Virus record (IMG/VR): IMGVR_UViG_3300021961_000090
Coordinates: 1 to 63,334 of that record
Reading direction: 5' to 3' (one strand)
Origin: a virus
Taxonomy: Duplodnaviria; Caudoviricetes
DNA: 63,334 nucleotides
Shown one piece after another: positions 56,572 through 63,334 of the stretch (position 1 is its first letter; every line of letters starts with the position of its first letter). The notes under the pieces are model-generated. The model had not been told where the DNA came from and made no database searches. It saw only the letters and a program-made list of their open reading frames with translations. Both the position numbers and the translations under genes were made by a program.

Positions 56572-59500
56572 ATGCCATCTCTGCTTGAGATCCTTAATGA
56601 TCCTAATTACACCGGTGCAAATCTAGCTACCAAGCAGGCGATCTTTGATCGATGGTCTGCTATGGATGACAATTACACTGGAGCAAATGAGGCAACCAAA
56701 CAGGCTATTAGAGCGAGATTTGGTTTAGGCGTCGCAGCACCAGTAGAAGATAGGTCAAAAGAACGCACCTTTGGGGAGGCGGCTACTGACATCTATGCAG
56801 GATTGAAAGGTGGGTTTGGATCACTACTCCAACTGCCATCTCAGCTTGCGGGCGTAGTCGGCGGTGAGTATGAGAAGCCGGGCGAAGAGACTGGCCTAGC
56901 AGCTGTCGGCAAAGAACTCCGCACAGAAGCAGAGGCTATGAAGTCTCCGGGACTAAAAGCCCGCGAGGCTGCCCGTGCGGCCAAGGTTGCAGAGGCAGAG
57001 AAGAAGGGGCAGCTGGATGCTTTTTTCACCGCATTCTCTGAAACCCTTAGAGATCCTGCCCTGCTGACAAGCTTCCTAGCAGAGCAAGCGCCACAGCTGC
57101 TCCCATCTTTGGGTGCTGCCCGACTGGTTGCCCCGCTGGCTGGTACAACGGCTGCGGTCAGGGCTGCTGTGGGTACGGGCGCAGTCCAGCAAGGCGCGGA
57201 TATCGCGGCAGGCACGTACGAGCAGGTCTATAAAGAACTCATCAAGCAGGGCGTATCCGAGACAGAAGCGGCTGGTCAGGCGCTAGGATTGGCACGTCTG
57301 AATGGTGTTGGAGCCACGGGATTATCGATACTTTCGCAGCGACTGCCAGGTGCAAGAGCGCTGGAAGAAGCATTTGCCGGTAAGAAAGGTGAGCTTGGCC
57401 GCATCCTTGGCGGTGTTAAAGGCGCGGCTGGTGAGGCGGTCAGTGAGGTGGCAGAAGAGACGCCGGCCAGATTCCTCCAGAACCTTGCTATGGCGCAGGT
57501 AGCGCCGGAGACATCTCTGACAGCAGGGCTGGGAGAAACAGCTGCTATGGCCGCTCTAGGCGGTGCTGGACTAGGCGGTGCAGCAGGTCTGCTACAGCGT
57601 CAGGCGCCCAGAGAAGCAGCGCCTCCAGCAACCACCATCCCATCACAGTTTGCGCCAACACCAGAACCAGAGCCAGAGCCGGAACCACCAAGGATACAGT
57701 TGCCGCCTGAGCCGCCGATAGAACCTGGCTTGCCTCCAGAAGTGGAGCCGCCCGCCCCGCCAGTGGAAACATTACCACCTGAAGGACCGCCCCCGCCGCC
57801 TGCGCCAACATTTGCGCCGCCGTCAGACGAAACAGTTGAGGCGATGCGTAACTACTGGCAGGGTAGGCCAGAAGACTTTGGCTTATCGTTTGGCGCTATT
57901 CAGAACCGCGATCGTTCTAAGCCGGCATCTATTCAGCAGATGACCAGCATTGCCGCTGAGCCGGACTACAACCGTCTGTCCGTGTCCAAAGACTTTGGCG
58001 CCGGCGCGCCTGTGGTAATCAGCGATGTTGAGTTGACCCCAGCGCGACTTGGGCGAATTGATACCGTATCCGCATCTGATGGCACAAAGATACCGGTGCA
58101 GTACGCTGTCATAGATGCTGGGTTTATTACACCTAGCAACCGTGCAGACGGCACAATTATTGAGCAGTACGCAGATCCTAACTTTCAAGGCGTTCGCCCG
58201 GTTGCCGGAAATGGTCGGATTGCTGGATTGCAACGGGCTTTTCAAGAAGGAACTACTCAGGACTATGTGCAAAGCTTGATTAATGACCCAAGTCACGGCG
58301 TTGACCCTGAAGTAATTCGATCTATAGCGCAACCTGTACTTGTCCGGTTGATGCCCAAGTCTGCGCTTACCCCCGATATTGCTGACAAGAGCAACGTCGG
58401 CGGCCAGCTTGGCATGTCGCCTACAGAGCAGGCCAAGATTGATATGGGCAGGTTTGATCTGCAAGGCATAGAGTTTCTTGCGGACGGCACTCCTAACCTG
58501 AAATCGCTCCGGCAATTTGTTGCCGCTATGCCGCAGGAAGAACAAGCCAACCTGCTGAACAAACAGGGGCAGCCCAATCCTCTGGCAAAGATTCGTCTAG
58601 CAAATGCGCTGTTTGCCCGTGCGTATGAGAACGATGCGCTGATTGATCTATACGCAGAAGCCACAGATCCAGAGGCCCAACAGATCCTGCGCGGCATGGC
58701 TATCGCTGCACCTGCCATGTCTAATCTATCTGGCGCTGGCAACTATGACATCCGTCAGTATGTATCCAAGGCTGCTGAGTTGGCGGTAAATGCGCGTCGC
58801 CAAAACATGGATCTGGCTGCTTATGCAGATCAGGGTGACATCGAGATGGATCCGCTGACCCGCGAGGTTGTCAGCATGTTTGCCGCCAACAAGAATGCAC
58901 CCCGTCGAGTCGGTGATGCGTTGGCTAGTCTAGCGGCTGAAGCACAAAAAGCGTATGAGGAAACACAGGGGGGTCCAGATCTATTTGGTAATGAGCCGGT
59001 CGGGCGCCCGCTAGAAGACATATTCCAAGTCTTGCGTGGTGAGCCAACTGTTACCACGCCTATAGTGGAAGAGGTAAAACCTGAGCGTGTTGAATTTGTT
59101 ATTGACAAAAATCCAGCCGAAATTGCTAAAGAGATTAAAGGCAAAAATGTACCGTGGATAGCGCAATGGCTGGTGGATAACGCGCCCAATAGCGCTGCCA
59201 AAGCTATTGCAGAAAAGATAGTTGATCGGATTACTGACTACGACAAGCGTGGTGTGCCGATGACTGTAGTCATTCGCAACGGTGCGAATCGCCCACGCGG
59301 AGCCTATGGCAGCTCTAAGATTTCATGGGGATCTGAAGGAATTAAATTCAGAGTTACCTTTAATGGAGTTGATGCAAAAGGTAAGGCTGACAGGCTAACC
59401 GGAACTACTTATGAAACCATCATGCACGAGTTGTTGCATGTGGCTACACAACCGCAGTTATATTTGTTACCAGAGTCTGCGCCTGAAGTAAAAGAACTCC

Positions 59501-62500
59501 AACGGTTACTTGATCTTGTAAACAAAAAAATAGTAGCTGATATTGCCGCAAACGTAGACCATCCTTTCATCAGGATGATGCAAAGGCAGAAGGCTGCGTC
59601 CCCTAAAGCATGGAAAAAGTTTGGCCCCATGAAAAACGTCCACGAGATTTTGACGTGGGGCTTAACAGATCCTGAGTATCAAAGTTACATATCACAAATT
59701 CAAGTTACGCCACAGCAAAGCGCATTTACAAAATTTGTAGATGTGCTGCGTAAGCTATTGGGGCTGGATCCAAAATATCAGACCGCGCTAGAACAAGTGG
59801 CTATGGTGGCGGAAGAACTTATTTCTGAGCCGGGCGTAAACGTTGCCGCTGTTGCAGAACGAGCAGGCACATTCTTGGGAACAAGAGTTGGACCGCAGCA
59901 AAAAGGTGCGCCATCCGAAACAATCAGAGAAGAGTTTATTGAAGTCCCAGAGTTCATTAGCAAAGGTGCTAAGAAACTTGGAGAGATCGGTAAGAAGCCT
60001 GGCATCACGCCAGACCAAGGATTCGCGCACGTTGATCCAGAAGTATTGAAGAAGCTTGGTCCAATCTTTGCCCCTGAAGGCAAGACCTTTGCTGACAAGA
60101 TGGATACGTACAAAGACCGTACGTTCCAGCGGTTGGCGCAGGGTATCGCAGACCAGTACCGCACTATCAAGGACTACAGCCCGCTGGCTTATATCAAAGC
60201 CCGGATGTCCAAAACTGTTGACGGCGCGCTAGAAGGTCTGACCTTCTATGGGCAGGTCAAGCTAACAGACGGTGCGCTGGATATCAAACAAGGCACGGAT
60301 GGTTTGGTCAAAGTGCTTGAGCCAATTGGTAACGAGGTCAACAGCTTCCTAATCTGGCGGGCGCTAAGCCGCGACTTCAACATTGTTGAGAAGTCTAAGC
60401 GGACGCAAGAAGAAATAGAAGGAATTGAGGACAAGATCCAACAACTATTGGCATCAAAGAATGTAGCCAACAGAGGGTTTGAAAAAGAACTCAACAGAAT
60501 TATTAAAGATCAAACTCTTTCTGACAAAGAAAAGCGCGATGCCATTTCAAAAATTAAAAAAGAAACGGACAAGTACAAGAAAGAAATTGATCAGCAGGTT
60601 TCTGTTGAGCGAGCAACTATTGCAAAACTCAAAGAGACTATAAAGCTTCCATCCATTTCTCCTGAAGTGGTGGCGCAGCGTAACGAGTTGGCGGTCGGCA
60701 AGATCGGTAATGAATCTAGGCTTGAGGTGTACAACCGCGTCAGCCGCGAGTTGAACAAGTTGAACAAGTCTGTGCTGGATATCGCTCTGGAAAAGGGGCA
60801 GATAGACCGCCGTTCATACGAAACATTCTTGCAGGACATTTACTACATCCCGTTCTACAAAATGGTGGAGGATGGCCAGGTAGCAGATATCCGCACGGCA
60901 TCTGGGCTGGCCAATCAGTATTTCTCCAAGGCGCTGAAAGGTGGCGAGAAACCTTTTGGCGATCTGATGGAGAACCTGCTGCGCAACTGGAACCATATCT
61001 TGTCTGCGTCTATGAAGAACGACGCGGCAGTGGAAACATTGAAGGCAGCTACAGAAGCAGGTGCTGCCTATCCCAATCTTAAAGTTCAGTATGACTGGCG
61101 TGATGGCAAGGTCTACAAGGGTGAGGCACTGCTAGAACCGCAGGTTATTGACGGCGTTCAGTACAAGGCTGGTGAGTTGCGGCCTGGCATCTTCTCTTCT
61201 GACGGCAAGGGGTTGGTCAAGGTCATGATGAATGGCTACCCCGCCTACTATGAGGTAGTAGATCCGCTGCTGGTGGAATCCATCATGTCGATTGGATACA
61301 TGGGGCCGAAGTCCAAGTTCCTAGACATGGCGCGAGACTTCAAGAACATCTTGCAGTATGGCGTGACACTCAGCCCTGCGTTCAAGGTGCGTAACCTTGT
61401 ACGGGATTCGTGGCAGTCGGCAGCGGTGTCTCAGCTTGGATTAAACATTGGCAAGAACGTGACGGAAGGCTTGGCTGCTAGTAAGAAGGGCAATCCTGAT
61501 TACATCTCTGCACTGGCGGGCGGCGCGATCTTCAACTTTGGTTCCTATATGGAAGGGGATCAGGCTAGACAGGTAAAGCGCTTGATTAAGCAGGGCGTTA
61601 ATCCTGACAACATCCTCAATACAGAAGATAAGATTAAGAATGGCCTGAAGAAGATGTATGACGCCTACCAAGAGTTAGGCAACCGTTCGGAAGCAGCCAA
61701 CCGTATGGCGCTGTACAAGCAGCTGCGGGCTAAAGGTCTAAGCCATCTGGAGGCATCCTTTCAAGCGCGTGATCTGCTGGACTTCTCTATGCAGGGCGCG
61801 TGGCCGGCAGTGCGTTTGGTAACGCAGGTCATCCCGTTCCTGAATGCGCGTATCCAAGGTCTGTACAAGCTTGGCCGTGACGGCATCATTCCTACCAGCC
61901 GGGTGCTGTATAACTCTGTCACTGGCAAGCCATTAGATCTGACTGACAAGCAGAAAGCTCAACAGTTTTCTATTGTTACCGGCGCTACTGTATTAGCGTC
62001 CTTAATGCTGTACATGGCATTCAAGGATGATGACGAGTTCAAGAAGCGTGAGCAGTGGGACCGTGACAACTTCTGGTGGTTCCGCCTGCCAGGTATGGAA
62101 GCAGCCATTCGTATTCCTAAGCCATTTGAGATTGGTGCTATGGGTACGTTTGCTGAGCGTATCGCTGAGCAGATGTTTGATGAAGGCGCAGAGGGTCGTG
62201 TGTTCGAGCAGAGCATGAAGCGTATGCTGACTGACACGTTCGCCATCAACCCAATCCCGCAGATGATCAAACCACTGGTGGATCTGTACGCCAACAAGGA
62301 CAGCTTCACAGGTGCGCCGATCGAGACTGCCGGCATGGAGCGTCTGTCGAAAGCAGAGCGCGTGGCTATCAACACCAGCCCGCTGGCAAAGGCACTCAGT
62401 CAAGTAGCTAACGTCTTCCTACCAGAAGCAACAGAGGTTTCTCCCGTACAGACAGACTACGCTATCAAGGCTTATCTGGGCTGGATGGGTGCAACCATCT

Positions 62501-62928
62501 CTGCTACGTCGCACTACGCGGTGATGCCGTTCTCGAAGAGCGCCTATCCTGACCACAACTGGACAGATACCATGTCGCTGGGATTCGTGCGGACGCTGCC
62601 GGCCAACCAGTCTGGATATGTGACCAGCTTCTACGAGAACATGAAGACTATCGAGCAGGCGTACGCTGACATGCGTCACTACGCCGAGCTAGGTCAGGCA
62701 GACAAGGTGCAGGAGATCCTGGAAGAGAAGGGTGACAAGATCCAGCTGGCCAAGTTCTATGACAAGACCAGCAAGGATATGGCAAAGGTACGGCAGGCCA
62801 TCCAAGTTATCCAGCGGGATGAGACTATGGACGGCGCGCAGAAGCGGGAAGAGATTGACCGCTTGAAGCAGCTGATCGGGATGCTGGCCAAGCAAGCAGA
62901 GGATGTACGGAAGTCACTCCGCCAGTGA
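56572..62928 (+). CDS. Large polyvalent ejection protein (ddrB-ParB-like, zincin-like and LPD38-like domains)
   Basis: QNRDR...AGNGR; MHELLH; DRDNFW.F...RIPKPFEIG. Confidence 0.7.
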   Translation: MPSLLEILNDPNYTGANLATKQAIFDRWSAMDDNYTGANEATKQAIRARFGLGVAAPVEDRSKERTFGEAATDIYAGLKGGFGSLLQLPSQLAGVVGGEYEKPGEETGLAAVGKELRTEAEAMKSPGLKAREAARAAKVAEAEKKGQLDAFFTAFSETLRDPALLTSFLAEQAPQLLPSLGAARLVAPLAGTTAAVRAAVGTGAVQQGADIAAGTYEQVYKELIKQGVSETEAAGQALGLARLNGVGATGLSILSQRLPGARALEEAFAGKKGELGRILGGVKGAAGEAVSEVAEETPARFLQNLAMAQVAPETSLTAGLGETAAMAALGGAGLGGAAGLLQRQAPREAAPPATTIPSQFAPTPEPEPEPEPPRIQLPPEPPIEPGLPPEVEPPAPPVETLPPEGPPPPPAPTFAPPSDETVEAMRNYWQGRPEDFGLSFGAIQNRDRSKPASIQQMTSIAAEPDYNRLSVSKDFGAGAPVVISDVELTPARLGRIDTVSASDGTKIPVQYAVIDAGFITPSNRADGTIIEQYADPNFQGVRPVAGNGRIAGLQRAFQEGTTQDYVQSLINDPSHGVDPEVIRSIAQPVLVRLMPKSALTPDIADKSNVGGQLGMSPTEQAKIDMGRFDLQGIEFLADGTPNLKSLRQFVAAMPQEEQANLLNKQGQPNPLAKIRLANALFARAYENDALIDLYAEATDPEAQQILRGMAIAAPAMSNLSGAGNYDIRQYVSKAAELAVNARRQNMDLAAYADQGDIEMDPLTREVVSMFAANKNAPRRVGDALASLAAEAQKAYEETQGGPDLFGNEPVGRPLEDIFQVLRGEPTVTTPIVEEVKPERVEFVIDKNPAEIAKEIKGKNVPWIAQWLVDNAPNSAAKAIAEKIVDRITDYDKRGVPMTVVIRNGANRPRGAYGSSKISWGSEGIKFRVTFNGVDAKGKADRLTGTTYETIMHELLHVATQPQLYLLPESAPEVKELQRLLDLVNKKIVADIAANVDHPFIRMMQRQKAASPKAWKKFGPMKNVHEILTWGLTDPEYQSYISQIQVTPQQSAFTKFVDVLRKLLGLDPKYQTALEQVAMVAEELISEPGVNVAAVAERAGTFLGTRVGPQQKGAPSETIREEFIEVPEFISKGAKKLGEIGKKPGITPDQGFAHVDPEVLKKLGPIFAPEGKTFADKMDTYKDRTFQRLAQGIADQYRTIKDYSPLAYIKARMSKTVDGALEGLTFYGQVKLTDGALDIKQGTDGLVKVLEPIGNEVNSFLIWRALSRDFNIVEKSKRTQEEIEGIEDKIQQLLASKNVANRGFEKELNRIIKDQTLSDKEKRDAISKIKKETDKYKKEIDQQVSVERATIAKLKETIKLPSISPEVVAQRNELAVGKIGNESRLEVYNRVSRELNKLNKSVLDIALEKGQIDRRSYETFLQDIYYIPFYKMVEDGQVADIRTASGLANQYFSKALKGGEKPFGDLMENLLRNWNHILSASMKNDAAVETLKAATEAGAAYPNLKVQYDWRDGKVYKGEALLEPQVIDGVQYKAGELRPGIFSSDGKGLVKVMMNGYPAYYEVVDPLLVESIMSIGYMGPKSKFLDMARDFKNILQYGVTLSPAFKVRNLVRDSWQSAAVSQLGLNIGKNVTEGLAASKKGNPDYISALAGGAIFNFGSYMEGDQARQVKRLIKQGVNPDNILNTEDKIKNGLKKMYDAYQELGNRSEAANRMALYKQLRAKGLSHLEASFQARDLLDFSMQGAWPAVRLVTQVIPFLNARIQGLYKLGRDGIIPTSRVLYNSVTGKPLDLTDKQKAQQFSIVTGATVLASLMLYMAFKDDDEFKKREQWDRDNFWWFRLPGMEAAIRIPKPFEIGAMGTFAERIAEQMFDEGAEGRVFEQSMKRMLTDTFAINPIPQMIKPLVDLYANKDSFTGAPIETAGMERLSKAERVAINTSPLAKALSQVANVFLPEATEVSPVQTDYAIKAYLGWMGATISATSHYAVMPFSKSAYPDHNWTDTMSLGFVRTLPANQSGYVTSFYENMKTIEQAYADMRHYAELGQADKVQEILEEKGDKIQLAKFYDKTSKDMAKVRQAIQVIQRDETMDGAQKREEIDRLKQLIGMLAKQAEDVRKSLRQ

Positions 62929-63204
62929 TTTCTGGTGGCGCTCAATAGTCATGGCCATAAGATCCCACTCTTCGAGTCTGTACCGTGTATAAAAGCCTCT
63001 GCTTCCTAGTCCGTGGTAGCCAGACTTTCCAACATGGTGTTCAGGACAAAGAGGGATTACCAGCCAGTCAGACGCCCGCTGCGCCCCGCCTACAGCGTCA
63101 CGAGGATGATGCAAGACAGCGGGGGTATAGCCGTTCCCGAGATGGTGACAAAGCACACAACCAAGCCCGGCTACTTCGTCCATATACTGCTTAACTGGTT
63201 TCAT
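62914..63204 (-). CDS. Ref/DUF968-like HNH-type Zn-binding nuclease
   Basis: GCVLC...LHH...IPLCPEHH...H. Confidence 0.7.
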   Translation of the reverse strand: MKPVKQYMDEVAGLGCVLCHHLGNGYTPAVLHHPRDAVGGAQRASDWLVIPLCPEHHVGKSGYHGLGSRGFYTRYRLEEWDLMAMTIERHQKSLAE

Positions 63205-63334
63205 TTTCTGGGTTTATATATCGTTGCCAGACATGGCGTTCAATTTCTATAGAGAAAAACCGTTCCGCGCAGGACAAACATTCTCGCCTGCGTTCCATGT
63301 AATAGAAATTAAAATTTTTGTCATAGAACTGTCT
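63186..63334 (+). repeat. Terminal direct repeat, right copy
   Basis: 149-bp near-identical copy of the window start. Confidence 0.95.

Noticed and set aside
22330-62895. Many minus-strand ORFs in the virion arm (e.g. 23536-24243, 28776-29771, 46796-47488)
   Set aside because: They are antisense shadows of well-supported plus-strand genes and have no recognisable motifs.
63186-63334. Biological direct terminal repeat
   Set aside because: It cuts through coding genes and is about one read long, as expected for assembler circularisation.

Overview
The window looks like a complete, circularly permuted dsDNA tailed-phage genome of about 63.2 kb; its first 148 bp are repeated at the end. It has a podovirus-like layout (terminase, portal, GroES, capsid, tail proteins, then internal/ejection proteins). 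Rz/Rz1-like spanins point to a Gram-negative host. I found no integrase, DNA polymerase or tRNA. Layout: leftward recombination and modification genes (1-8.7 kb), a divergent control region (8.7-9.7 kb), rightward replication genes (9.7-15.3 kb), leftward small early genes (15.3-19.2 kb) and a long rightward virion/lysis arm (19.4-62.9 kb). The most notable locus is at 10.27-11.43 kb. There a sigma70-like promoter precedes four tracts of GGY-NN pentamer repeats separated by a conserved three-hairpin unit, then a 204-aa protein with RAMP/Cas7-like motifs, then a fifth tract. This looks like a minimal, non-CRISPR RNA-guided system carried by the phage. Other points of interest: a shared [YFM]xxGG motif in many small basic and ejection proteins, three paralogous fibres with 7 repeats each, early genes each preceded by the same RBS cassette, and a 2118-aa polyvalent protein. 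All product calls come from motifs recognised by eye; no database searches were run.
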